Source of the DNA: Macrostomum hystrix
Taxonomy: Eukaryota; Animalia; Platyhelminthes
Length of the DNA: 64,000 nt
Direction: 5' to 3'
Assembly (NCBI GenBank): GCA_950097015.1
Contig: CATNEN010000035.1
Coordinates: forward strand, 1,240,001 to 1,304,000
Shown here: positions 1 to 25,203 of the stretch, piece after piece
Layout of the letters: each line of letters opens with the position of its first letter
Position numbering within the stretch: position 1 is the first letter of the stretch
Notes under the pieces: generated by a model
Told to the model about the DNA's origin: nothing
Databases searched by the model: none
The model's input: only the letters and a program-made list of their open reading frames with translations
Made by a program: the position numbers and the translations under genes

Positions 1-4
1 AAAC

Positions 5-5568
<5,564 letters not shown>

Positions 5569-7232
5569 CTGAGATTCAGGATGGAAACAAGTGGGCGTAT
5601 GCCTAGTTAATAAATGGCTGTTAAGTTACCTTTTTGCAGTGGTTAGTTATGATTTATTTTGCTAGTAGCTTTTGAAACGATCAAAGTGTCTGTCTAAAAT
5701 AAAAACTGCAGATTTTTGTCTTGTTCGCTTTTAAAGTGCGATGTTATCTCGTGAGTTATTACCTAAGAATGGTGCGATCATCAAGGCGAAGCGAAGCTAT
5801 GTACAGTGACACCATTCGACCTGCGCTACTACAAACTAGCTCTATCTTATCGCCAACGGCCCTACACCTCTGGATGCGTCTGTACCTCACTCCTCTGTAT
5901 GTACTCTCATGTTGTTTTGCAGAGCTTTCTATGCGACAATAATTTTTTGCACTTTTATACAACATCCAACTTTTGCAAATCGATGAACAATCTTTTGCTT
6001 TTTTATACGTACGTAGGTTTCATGGCACCCTCAATTGCTCTTGGAGCTGTATGGGGAACATGCCACTCATTGATAAGTTATATTTACAATGGATTTTGCG
6101 GTTATTGTTCTATTGTTACATTTTTCATCGTCGTTCTATCGAATACCCACGCTGTGGGGGTCTCGAATGTACTTCATGCACAACTTACAGTAGAGTAGAA
6201 ACTGACTACGCTAGAATTTTTTCTTTATAAACTATGATGCTTGCGTTTAAGATGTTTTTAATTTCCTGCTATAGAAGAAGTGGACTACGACCAAATTGAA
6301 TGCAGTAAAGAGAGACTGAACGCTCGCTTCACCTTTAGCCTCAATGTACGCTCGTACACTTGCCAATGTACTTGGGGTGAGAGTGAATTTGGTGGACAGT
6401 TTCTGCACACGTATTTAGAAGGGCAAGAGAAACAATGTACACAAGGGTTTGTCTGCCGCCTATTCTAACCAAGAAAGACGATGTGAGAAGTGTTTTGTGT
6501 GTATTTATGAACCATTTTCTTGGTGATTACTGCAGCTACATGTGTATTTGAGACACGTGCTTTGTGTTTTTCCACTGCCAAATCGGAAATCTACTCTTCA
6601 TCTCAGTCGAAGGCTTAACTTATGGGATTCTAAGGTCAGCATCGTTTCTGTCCGTGTGTATGTTCAAAGTAGCTTTTTAAGTATCGCTTCAAAAAGCCCC
6701 ATCTAGCAATTCAGTTAGATAAAAAATGTATAAAAAACTATGCGTAAGAGTAAGTGTGCAGTGGTCGCTTGTGAAGGTGCTTGGGCCGGTAAATGTAGAT
6801 TGTAGAGGGTTGTAGCTTAAACCTGTCTACAGTCCAAACCGCAGAGAGAAAGTTATAGAAAGGTAACTCAAACTTTATTTTCGAAGTAAAAAATAAGCTA
6901 GAAAATGTTCTTGCGTTCGCTCAATCCCCAGATTTATCTCGTCTCTGTTGAGATCATTCATCGCGAGTTCTAAATCGCGAGTTTTAGGGCCATCAATTCT
7001 AGGGGTGGGGTGGGGTTTGGACAGAGGTCTAGCACGCTGGTCTAGCACACTTATATCTTGTTTTAGGATCGAATCTAGTTCGAAATGAAGCCAAAACGAA
7101 CACAGAGTCAAAAAACGCAGCCCGAACTCCTCCCTGGAGTAAGTGCTCGAGTTAAACAAAAGTAAGTTTTTGCTTAAAAAGGTTCCCACCTTTTAATTGT
7201 TCTAGATACAACAAGTAACTGATTGCTGAGTT

Positions 7233-14448
<7,216 letters not shown>

Positions 14449-14540
14449 CTTTGATTTGTGTCATTTCTGATATCTTTATCTTTGACTCTTTATGTTTTAA
14501 AGAATTTTAATCTCTATATTTCCTTATTGTGTGATAATTG

Positions 14541-14546
14541 AATAAA
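14541..14546 (+). promoter_or_regulatory. Candidate polyadenylation signal of ABCC copy B
   Basis: AATAAA about 90 nt after the stop codon in an AT-rich 3' region. Confidence 0.5.
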
Positions 14547-15064
14547 TCGCATACTCCTTACAATACCAACACCCCATTGAGCGGTCATGATGGAACGAAA
14601 TATGGCATCCTATAATAATTGAATAATTGAAATCCTTCTTTAAAAAAGTAGTAAACCAGAGTTGATTAATGAGGATGCATTTCGCATACAATCAACTTTA
14701 ATTCTCTTTATTTATGAGTGCATGATAAACAGATTCAGAGTAACGTTAGGAGGTTCGAATCCGGCATCATACTTGAATAAATATTCGAGCGTATACCTTT
14801 TTGTACAGAATTTAGATCGCTTAAATTAATCTGATTTAAAAAGATTAGCAAAGCCGCTTTTCTGATAAAGTGAAGCTAATTCAGGAAGTCTAAATTTCAT
14901 AAGAATGTGTTCTGTCCTGCACATTTTTCTGATCTTTTAGTTCTCAGAAAAGTTAGACTTCAATTGAATTCCCTGACAAATGATGAAGCACAGGTAAACT
15001 ATGCACACCTGGATAGCCATGACAGAGTTCTGCTTCAGTAAAAAATCTTCACAGCGCCAGAAAA

Positions 15065-18000
15065 TTATTTGCTCTTCATTGGGACGAGAGTCTCGGTGGA
15101 CTTGCTGTGTTGAATGTGCTGACCGGAGTCAGATAAGTCGACTGTCAGGCCGCTCTTCAACGCTTCGTTCTTGAAACTTTCGCTGCTGACAGAGGCACCG
15201 ACCTTTTCGCCGGCGACATTTTCAGCGCCCTCGTCCTCCAGCTTGTACTGGCTGTCGCGGGACAGGCGTTCGCGGATCTTCTTGATGCCCAGCAGGATGT
15301 AGAGCGGGATCGGGGTCACGATCACCACGATGAGCGGCACGATCGCTGCCAGGCTGCCGTCCGGCTGCGGCATGGAGAACTGCAGCACCAGGATCGGGAT
15401 GCCGATGTTCTGGATGCCGGCTTCCAGGGCGATGGCCACGGCCTGCTCGCGGCCCAGGCGCAGCAGCAGAGTCAGGATGTAGCTGAACAGAAACCCCAGC
15501 CAGGGTAGCAGGGCAGCGAACGGGATTATGATGGGCAGTTGCACTGAAATGTTTAGTGCCATGTGGAGTTTCAGAGATTTTAGTCCAGTATAATTGCAGG
15601 TGGGCTGTGGGCAATGGCACATTATTTGGTGACACTAGACCCGCAGCCAGCGAGGAGGCTATTCTGCCCATTCCGCTGATTCCTGAGCACACACGCACTC
15701 GGATACTGTACCCTGGCACACGCTCACAGAGGTCTATACATCTATCTTGACTTTCTCATCGTCAGGCAGTGTACATTTCAGTTTGCTTTGGAGGTTGGCC
15801 CTCAAAGGCGTAAGTCGTACAACAAGCTCCCAAGCCTTCTCTCCGCGGCTGCGCCCAAAAAAATGTGGTTTCGCCGCAGAATCGAGCCCAGGGACCATGG
15901 CGCGAGAGGCAAATGCGTCAACGCTCTGACTCAGACGCCATTACCATCACGATTGAAATTACCATCACGATTGAAATTACCATCACGATTGAAATTACCA
16001 TCACGATTGAAATTACCATCACGATTGAAATTACCATCACGATTGAAATTACCATCACGATTGAAATTACCATCACGATTGAAATTACCATCACGATTGA
16101 AATTACCATTACGAATTACGACAGACAAAAAGAAATCATGGCGAGATAATGGACCGGAGAAAGTTTTTACTTCCGTGCCTCTCAAAAAAAATTGTCTTGA
16201 ATGCTCGTACTAGCTAATTTACCAGACCACAAAGCTATTTGACTGGCCTAGTTACTAATCATATTTTCTATCCGTAGACGGCTCGTAACTTTGCTCATTC
16301 GACCGTGAATTCATTGATATCGTGAATCCAAGGCCAGCTGCAATTTAGGTTCCCATTTAACTTGAGCAAATTATCAACTCACCAATAAGCTCAAATAGGA
16401 ACAGGTTGACATACGTGCCGAAGCCCACTACGTACAAGATGAAGATCAGAGCAAACGGCTTGATGGCCCGCGTCACCTTGTAGGCAATGTTTGGCCATTT
16501 GAGCTTGAGCAGAACGCCCAGCGAGACAGGTATCACCAGCTGCAGAAGGTTCAGCGCCACCTGATCGTAAGGTATCTGTGCCGCGTTGTCGATGTACAGT
16601 CGAGTGTAAGCCAGCAGCCAGAGTGGCATCATGACTGAAATGACATTTGTTGAAGGCCATGAAGGCGGCAGACACGATTAATAATAATAATAATATTTAA
16701 AAAAAAAATAATTGCAGGAGGGCTGCGGGCCATGGCACATCATTTAGTGACACTAGACATGCAGCCAGCGAGTGGGAAATTCTGCCCATTACGCTGACTG
16801 CTGAGCACACACGCACACTGATAGCGTATGCCTACAGGTGCGTACATCTTCCCTGACTTTCTTATCGTCGGGCCTTGTACAATTTCACTGTGCCTTGAAG
16901 GTTGGCCCTCAGGGGCCTAGTGTTGTAAATTGCACAACCAGCCCCCAAGCCTTCTCTCCGCGGCTGCACCCGAATGTGGCCTCGCCGCAGAATCGAGCTC
17001 AGGGAGAGTCTATTCCCCCAAAAAGAGACGAAACTTTGTATACTATGGCTAGCTTTCTTTGAGCTTTAGGACTCACACATCGCGCAGACCTGGCTGATGA
17101 AGGTCATCGTCATGCTCAGGTCTAGATCGCCGCCAAACAGCAGCGTCCACAAGTTACTGCTGCCTCCCCCCGGGGAGCAGGCCATAGTGAGGATCCCGAA
17201 GGCGAACGCGCTGGTGTTGTCCAGATCCTTCACCACTGCCAGCAACAGCTGACCAACAGCCAGACCCAGCTAACGAGAGCAGGTGTGGTGCGGGTCATGG
17301 TTTTCATACCTTACGATTCCGAGTGAGTGTTAGCATTCGAGACACTGGTATTCTACGAGTATAGTTAGCATCGATTCAAAACATAACACAACACTTAACG
17401 ATATTATCAATAGCATTCAGATAGATAGATTAAAAATGACACCTAGCCCTTATTGAGCCAGATGTACAGCTATTGGCTCAGTGGCTCAGCTATTGCGTGG
17501 TGTCTCCAAATATTGTGTACAGATGTTCAGTCCGAGGACTCGGGAGGCCGCTTCGCCGAGTCGAATTTTTATATGAACTTGAACCCATTTTCCCATCGGC
17601 ACTGCTTACGGTATGGAAGCAGTGCCGATGACCGCAACGCGAGAGAAGGCCCTGGACGCGCTGTACAGGTCCCTGCTGCGCCACGCCCAGGGCGTGCACT
17701 ACCCGGAGAGGCTGCCCTCCAGAGATCTGATGGTTCATGCCGGCGTCCCGGCCCTGAGCGTTACCCTGCGCCGGCGCCGCCAGATGCTGCTGGGCCACTG
17801 TCTGAGGAGTCACGGTCGCGGCGAGCGAAACCCGCTTGCGCTGGTCCTCTTGCACCAGCCGACCGAGCGGCTGCGCCGCGGCCAAGGAAGAACCGTGACG
17901 CTGAATGCCACACTGTTGGCTGACTTGCAGGCCATCGGACTTGATCCCCAGTCCGCCATGGCCTGCCACTCCCAACTGTTCTGCGAGCGCGTGCGCGCAA

Positions 18001-18880
18001 AAGCTATCTAACTTTCTGCGTCTCTGTATATATTTCCCAGCCTGCTAAGCTGAAGCAATGGGTGTTAAGTGTCCTTGCTAAAGGATCCATCGTTTCCTTT
18101 AGGCTGAGGTTCGAACTACCGACCTCTCGGTCGAAATTTCGTAGCTCCTGCCAATGAGCTACAAGCTCACTGAAAGCATTTTGCAATTGTTAAACTGGAA
18201 ATTTAAGAAGTGAGCTTTTTAAATGGCTGGAAGCCAAGGCTTATCATCTGGTAGCCAAAGCAAACTTTCTAAAAAGGATTGAGCAGAGACACAAAAAATG
18301 TGACGCTCACATGAGGCATCAGGATGAACTGCGTGCACCAGCCGACAGCAAGGCCCACGGGTCGCTTCAGCAGCTTCAGCACTATAAGCAGATCTATTGT
18401 GCAGCCCATACCGAAAACAAGAGTAACGACAAAGACAATGAGCACTCCTCGGTAGATTTCCTGAAGTGTGGTTGACTCTCGCAGTACAGCGACTTGCTGG
18501 TTGTTTGTGGTCAGAAAGTTTCCAGTGGCATTAGTGCTGTTAGCAACAAACGAAATCTCCAGATTAGTCCAGCCCAGCCGAACTCCGTGGATGGTGATTT
18601 GGAGCGAGCGCTCCTCGCCTGCGTTCGACTCATCCAGCCACAGGGAAGTTTCATTGGACATCGGCAGCAGAGCAACTCTCGTGTCCTTCAAGGAAAAGCG
18701 GAGGATTCCGCTAGGCACAGGCCGCAGCGTGCTCACGCTCACATTGATTGCAATGTTGCTCTCGGTCTTCACAATGATGGGATTCGGTTTGAAGGTGATT
18801 TTGAGTTCTGCCTGGCTGAGGCAGGCTAGGCAGCCTATGGAGATCAGGACCAGCTGAGCGGCTAATCCTGGGTTTCCCAT
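15065..18880 (-). CDS. SLC10 sodium/bile-acid symporter family protein with signal peptide and long N-terminal ectodomain (SLC10A3/A5-like architecture), intact
   Basis: Exons 18880-18311, 17269-17077, 16634-16383, 15543-15065. Motifs FGMGC, PVGLAVGWCTQFILMP, ACSPGGGSSNLWT, GDLDLSMTMT, AIALEAGIQN; frame intact across all junctions. Confidence 0.9.
15560..15933 (-). mobile_element. tRNA-derived SINE family 1, copy
   Basis: Reverse complement aligns by eye with 22956-23290 and 39557-39850 (shared core ttctctccgcggctgcgcccaa and tgactttctcatcgtcag). Confidence 0.75.
15939..16110. repeat. 18-bp minisatellite (ATTACCATCACGATTGAA) x~9
   Basis: Direct tandem repeat in SLC10-A intron 3, abutting the SINE head. 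Confidence 0.95.
16700..17010 (-). mobile_element. tRNA-derived SINE family 1, copy (5'-truncated)
   Basis: Same core blocks as 15560-15933; lies in SLC10-A intron 2. Confidence 0.7.
17595..18011 (+). mobile_element. 5'-truncated non-LTR retrotransposon (RTE-like) fragment, C-terminal part of ORF2
   Basis: YGMEAVPMT...LDALYRSLLR...LRRRRQMLLGHCLR...RRGQGR follows the YGxExW...RRLRxxGHxxR...RxRGRP pattern after the RT domain of RTE-type LINEs; lies in SLC10-A intron 1. Confidence 0.7.
18035..18172 (-). mobile_element. tRNA-derived SINE family 2, copy
   Basis: Reverse complement has A-box TAGCTCATTGG, B-box-like AGTTCGAACC and the family body tcctttagcaaggacacttaac...ttgcttcag. Confidence 0.65.
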
Positions 18881-19902
18881 CGCGTGACGCATGCACTTCT
18901 GTTGGACTTCTGCTAACCACTCACAGGCCTCAACTGGAAATATGACTTGGACCTGAAGCACTTATTCTAAGGCCGAACAAACTAACGCTTCTCTCGTGAG
19001 AGCGATAAGAAGCAGAGAAAGTATTTATTCTGCTAAAACTGCGACTGGCATGCCTTTGCCCCGCCCCTCCAATTTTGATATCTCGGGCCCGATTCGCAAC
19101 TGGCTCAAGATTTGCAGCGTTCCACTCGCGAATTTCTTTGCTCACTTTTGCTTAACAGCCTGGTCAATAACACCAACGAGTGCAGCGAATTAGAAACAAG
19201 CTATAATTGTACCCTTTTGTAACTTTTCGTGGTACCTGACGCTCAATGCTTGCTCAATTAGCGATTCGGTGTAATAATAGCAGATACATGAAGGTTGAAG
19301 GCAAGGAACACTTGAAGTTAGTCATTGGTTAAGTGCTCGTTCGAAAATTGCATTAACTAAAGAAACTTATTTAAGAAACATTGAATGCGAGCTAAATGTA
19401 CGCTAAAACCGAATAATTGCATGATTCAATTTGGAGGTGCAATTTCAATAATTTTTGCTTGAATTTTTTCAGTTATATAAAGACTTTTGGTAGTGCCTTT
19501 CTAGGTGGAGAAGGGGAGCCACCTAGGTCTGTCTACCTAGGACATCGCTAGTTCGATAGTTTCAGCTAATTTTCTGAGTCCATCATTTTTCGTCGCAAGT
19601 TTATCAATTCAAATTCTGACCGCTAGAGACAGAGAGCGGACGGGAAGTTGTTGAACTACTCGCACATATATTTGGCTAAAACACTCGCTTCGATAACGAC
19701 CCGAAGAATGTGATGAGAAAGTTACAAGAAGAAATTCACATCTCTAGTTTACTTGCGAAAAGCTCTCTCTCAGTTGTTTCTTATCGCTCCTGCGAGTCTA
19801 AGCGTCTACAAAAAATCGAGAAAGTACTTTCAATTTACAGCGCAAACAAGTTTTAGTACAGGAAGACTTGTCTAAAACTAGCGGCAACCGGTTGCTGACC
19901 AA

Positions 19903-22802
19903 ATGTGGAGTCGAGGCCGACAACTGCAGCTTCTGCTCGCAATGGGCTGCCTGGCATGCCTGAGTCAGGCGAAGCTGACTGTCAGCTTCAAACCCAGCCC
20001 CATCATCTTCAAGACGCAGGGTCAGTTTGTCGTGAACGTGAGCCTGAACGCATCGCAAACTGTGCCGAGCGGAATCCTCCGCTTTGTCATAAAGGACACG
20101 AGAGTTGCTCAGCTGCCGATGCTCAATGAGACATCCTACCTGTGGTTGGAGAATTCAATCGTCGGCCAGAAGACCCGTGGGCCTTGCTGTCGGCTGGTGC
20201 ACGCAGTTCATCCTGATGCCTCATGTGAGCGTCACGTTTAAACATTTTATAGCCACCAAATAATGATATCCACTTCTCTATTCATCGAGCCTATTTACCA
20301 AGCTTTAGAAGCTTTGCTAGCTTTGCGATCCGTGGGTTGAGCAACAAAAACAGAGGCTAAGTTTGCATCTGTTAAAAGCGCTAAATTAAAAATCTGGTTA
20401 TTCAAACCGATTCCACTGACGGTACCCTGACAGCTTGTGAATAGGTAGTCAGCAATGTAACAACACAGCTCGCACGCCCGTCCCGAATTCCTCAGCTGGG
20501 TCTGGCAGTCGGCCAGCTGCTGCTGCTTCTACCCGTGGACAACCTGGATAATGCTGAAGCATTCGCGTTCGGCATCCTGACCCTGTCCTGCTCTCCTGGC
20601 GGCGGCAACAGCAACATGTGGACCCTGCTGTTCGATGGCGACCTGGACCTCAGCATGACTATGACCTTCATCAGTCAGGTGGCCGCCATGTGTGAGCAGA
20701 CTTACTTTTAATTTTCTATATCATTCGTAATGTTCGATGGAGATGCTAAAACAGTGACCCGGAAAATCGTTTCGTCCTCGCAATGCTCCGATGAGTTCGA
20801 AAGAACACGTGTGTATTTTATGAGCTAAGCACTAGAAAACTGAACTAAAAAATTATTTCTATTTGATTTCTTCATTCTAGGGTGTTGTAGCCTAGTGGTT
20901 TAGTGCGTCAGACTCATAATTTAAAGGTCGAGGGTTCGATTCTTGACTGGAACAATTTGTGTCCTTTAGCAAGACACTTAACTCTGCATTGCTTCAGTTC
21001 ACCCAGTTGTTAAGTGGGTACCAGCATCAGCTGGGGTAATTGAGGGTGGGTGTGGCGTCCATGGACTGAACAGCCGTACGCAGCCTTCAGATGCGCCATG
21101 CAATAGCTGCGGCTGTGCTGTCGGCTGCACATCTGGCCTGATTGGTTCAGGTGCAATCAATTATTTTTAATTATTGAATTGTAAATCTTTCAGTCATGAT
21201 GCCGCTCTGGCTGTTTGCATACAGCCGATTCTACATCGACAACGCGGCTCAGATTCCATTCGACCAGGTGGCACTGAACCTTCTGCAACTGGTGGTGCCG
21301 GTGACTGACTGTCGGGGTTCTAAACAAGCTGAAGTGGCCCAGAATCACTTTTTGGGTGACGCAACTCGTCAGACCATTCGCCCTTCTTTTCGTTCTCTTT
21401 GTCATCGGATTCGGCACCTATGTTAACTTCTTCTTGTTCGAGTTAATCGCTGAGTTGTTGGATTATTCGTATCTTCAAACAATTTAATTTCGAGGTTCAG
21501 GTGTTTGAGTGATCAAGCCCCTTTACAGTCTTGACACTGAGACTGCCGATGTACCTTGCATTTCTAATGGATTTATCAGAAGGTGATTAGATTAGCTAGT
21601 TCAATCAATAACTATCAGCCATACACTGCGTGCTTGTCGGCACTTTTAATTATCGCCATTTGGACTTTTTGATAACAAGGTTTTTGAGTCCAATGACGCC
21701 ATTTATTAATTTTGGCAGTAAAAGCTAGGGCGAAAATTATTGCCTTTAGCTTTGTGCATTATCTATCAAAATTTATCTGCTTGCCTTGAATACTGAAAAG
21801 CTTCGCTATGCTCCAAGATATTGATAAGTAACTATAGCCTACATTTTATAATTCAATGTCACTCAATGTGTCAGTTTTAATTAGCTAATTACTTTTAGGA
21901 GTATGGATAGGTAACTACGCTCGTACGTTTCTTAAAAAAGTTTTGGAGGCAGGTTTTTGCCGAAAAACCTGCCGATTTGCCGATCTTCTCTAAATACATT
22001 ATTTTTTAGTCCCATACGGCTGCAGCATTGGCTTTAAAGTCTAAAATCTATCTAGTGGCTTCTGGTCCATGTACAGAAAGACAGCAAATTTAAATTTTAG
22101 AAGAATACCGCAAATTAACTTGAACTCTGATTAAGTATAGGAAACCAAAAGCTTGTTTCCGAGCATTTTGGGTACAGGAGAAGGCGTGTTTTCACAAATA
22201 AAGCTTGACAGAAATTGATGAAGCTATCAAGCTCTCTTTCGCCTCTTCATCTAGTATTCATGCTCCCGGAAAAAGTTGAATCCTCAGACTCATTCATTAT
22301 TTGTGAATTGCAGTTCAAATCCCCATCATAATCCCATTTGCCGCACTGGTGCCCTGGCTGGGGTTTCTGTTCGGCTACATCCTGACCCGGCTGCTGCGCC
22401 TGTGCCGCAAGCAGGCCGTGGCCATCCCCTGGAGACCGGCATCCAGAACGTCGGCATCCTGATCCTGGTGCTGCAGTTCTCCATGCCGCAGCCGGACGGC
22501 AGCCTGGCAGCGATCGTGCCGCTCATCGTGGCCTTCGTAGATCCCCTGCCCCTCTACGTCCTGCTGGCCGCAAAAAGATTCGTCAACGCCTGCGTCGAAA
22601 GCGTCTCTACGAGATGGACGAGGGTGGCGACAATCCTTCGACTGCGGCTCCCGAACTGGACGGGAATAATGGTTCGGCAGCGGCTACTGGCGACAAGGTC
22701 GGCCGAGCCACGGAGCTGAGCAATGCTCGGTCGGTGGACATCTCAGACTTCGGCCGGATCCAGTACACCAATTCAGTGGACAATTTGGTTCAGGATGATT
22801 GA
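19903..22802 (+). pseudogene. SLC10 family paralog B, pseudogene
   Basis: Exons 19903-20224, 20496-20691, 21194-21449, 22314-22802 align with copy A. Lesions: ~82-codon deletion near 20170, 4-bp duplication GACT (21303-21310), donor GT>CT (21450), 1-bp deletions near 22426 and 22572. Confidence 0.85.
20881..21170 (+). mobile_element. tRNA(Met)-like-headed SINE family 2, best-preserved copy
   Basis: A-box TAGCCTAGTGG, loop CTCATAA, B-box GGTTCGATTC, then gtcctttagcaagacacttaac...ttcacccag...gggtacc body; related copies at 18035, 27530, 39340, 55430. Confidence 0.75.
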
Positions 22803-22955
22803 ACCCATGCGCCATATCATGAATCAGTAGTAAAGAGACAGGGTCTGTCACTACTTCAGAGTGTCTTTCCGCCTTTGGCTTTGTAGCTGGTACTGGTGAA
22901 ATGCCGATGCATGCTTGAAGACAAAAATTTACATTTTTGTATGCATGAATCACAA

Positions 22956-23290
22956 GGGGTGAGTGGCAGAGCGGTCCAACGCGTTTGCCTCTCGCGCCAA
23001 GGTCCCTGAGCTCAATACCGCGGCGGGGCCACATTCATTTGGGGCGCAGCCGCGGAGAGAAGGCTTGGGGGCTCGTGCAATTTACGCCCTTGAGGGCCAA
23101 CCTCCAATGCACAGTGTACACTGCCTGACGATGAGAAAGTCAAGGCGGATGTACACACCTGTGTGAGCGTATGCCTGCGTACAGTATCTGTGTGCGTGTG
23201 TGCTCAGGAGTCAGCGGAATGGGTAGATTTGCTTCCTATCTGCAGGTCGAGTGTCACTAAACTATCTGCCATTGCCAGGAGCCCTCCTGC
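22956..23290 (+). mobile_element. tRNA-derived SINE family 1, full-length-looking copy
   Basis: A-box TGGCAGAGCGG (22964-22974), anticodon-loop-like CTCTCGC, B-box-like GAGCTCAATACC (23008-23019), shared ~270-bp body. Confidence 0.8.
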
Positions 23291-24429
23291 AACTATTTTA
23301 TATTTATTTAGTATGAATCTTCGAACTTCACATCGTAACCTACAGAATCATATTTGTTTCTATGGGTACCATGTTTTTGTCAAACTACGAGTATGCAATA
23401 CTGTAGTCAGTTTGAACATTGAAAATTCCTAAATACACTTAGTAAATGCATGTACTCCAAGATTTCGTTGGACGCCCAGACTCTAATGTTTGATATGAAA
23501 GATGACGAAACGTGTTTAACGTAATCTAAACAAGAAATTTGCGCTCGAAAAATAAATTTAAGAAAGACACAAGCTTTAATTTTCAACAGACTTAAAATTG
23601 TTGTTTCAAAGTTAAAATCGTTTTCGTTCTGAAGCTGGTGGATCAGGGATTCCAATATTCTAATTCTCGTGTTTGCGTTTCTCAGGTCGACCGCTCGCCA
23701 AGGCCGTTGTGTTTGAATCCGGTTTGTTTGTCTTTTTCATCCTCTCAAACGTTTGTTAGCTTTTTCCAAACGTTTGTTTTCCAAACCTCTCCCCTGTGCC
23801 GCCATCTGATTGGCTGGCGCGGGCCTTGTTTGTCAACCCTTACCCCAGACCTGCGTGGCTTTGGCCCTCGCGCCAATCAGCTCTACGTAGCTTTGCCCGT
23901 CCACCCGGCCAGCGCGTACAACCCCTCCCTGCGCGCTGGTGGCTTAACTCTGTTTGTGCACCGCTCAGTGTTCACGCGATGCAAAGCATTTCATTATTAC
24001 TGTAAGACCGTGGGTTAAGTCGCAGTGAATAACAAAACGTGAGGAGACCTCACTGGCTCACGCCAATGTATTTATTGCCAAAGTTGGGGTGGGTGTAACC
24101 AACCTAAGCACGCACACGCTGCAGCGCTAACCCCCACCCCAAACAAGCTGCACCTGCACATCTCAGTGCACGCGCACCAAAAAGCCTGACTACACTACTT
24201 TGCCCCTAGAAGCAAAAGGCAGTCTCGAGTCATGTCAGGTGGCCGCCGCTCTCTCGCCGACTGCCGCGGAAAAATGACCGGCAGCGGCGGTGCCGCAGCA
24301 CTGTGGCGGGGGGCACTGCGGCGTTGCCGTGGTTGTCGGCGGCTGGCGGTCTGCAGCGGCCGGAAGCTCCAGTGACGCCCGCCGCTGCACGAAGCGTTTG
24401 AGGCGGTCGTGGTGCACCACCTGCCGGCG

Positions 24430-25140
24430 CCTGCGGCCGGTCTCGTCTTGGATGCGGTAATTGACCTCGCCCAGGCGCAGGACTCGGTACGGCCGCTTCC
24501 ACTTGGCGCTCAGGCACCGCGTCTGGCCGCGCTCAAGTTGCGCAGCATCACGAGCCCTCTTCGATCGGTACGAACCGAGAGTCCCGGTTGGCCATTCGAT
24601 TGCGCTCGACCGGGGCGCTTCGCAGTCGGCCATGCACTGTCGAAGGCGCTCTGCAGGTTCTCCTGAGTCGCAGGAGGAGGCCATGATGTCCATCGTCGGC
24701 TGCCGGCCGGTCGTCGCTTATCAGCCAGCTGTCGAGAGCCAGCCTCGGTGGCCAGAAGTGGAGGACCTGGTACGGACTGAGGCCGGTCGTGCTGTGCACG
24801 GAGGTGTTGTAGGCCCAGGTCACATACGGCAGCTTGCTGTCCCAGTCCTGCTGGTTCTCGGCCACCGTCGTCGCCAGCTTGCTCCGAGCGTCCGGTTAAC
24901 TCGCTCGACTATTCCGTTGCCGCTCGGATTAAACGGCGACGTGCGAGTCTTCTCGACGCCCAGTTGCTCGCAGAGCCGGCCAAACACCTCGCTCTCGAAT
25001 TGACGTCCCTGGACACTGTGCAGCACCACCGACTTGAAGAGCGCATCCCCCACCGTCACCGCGTCGATCACCGCCAGGGCCGTCTCCATCCACTTGGAGA
25101 AGGCGTCGCACATGCTCAGGATATACGCCTTGCCATCAGT
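24430..25140 (-). pseudogene. Gypsy integrase remnant (frameshifted)
   Basis: CDAFSKW, QGRQFESEVF, SPFNPSGNGIVERVNRTL, WDSKLPYVTWAYNTSVHSTTGLSPY and a GPY/F-like KWKRPYRV are distributed over several frames. Confidence 0.85.
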
Positions 25141-25203
25141 CGTACGCCTGGGTCCCTGATCTAAGGGCCCCTTATGAGCGGGTCGGCCCCAGGCTGCCGA
25201 CCC

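Noticed and set aside
19501-19526. 8-bp inverted repeat CTAGGTGG...CCACCTAG in the SLC10 spacer
   Set aside because: Too short to distinguish from chance without other copies.
20881-20954. Functional tRNA-Met(CAT) gene
   Set aside because: Acceptor, anticodon and T stems do not pair properly, and it continues into a body repeated at four other sites; it is a SINE head.
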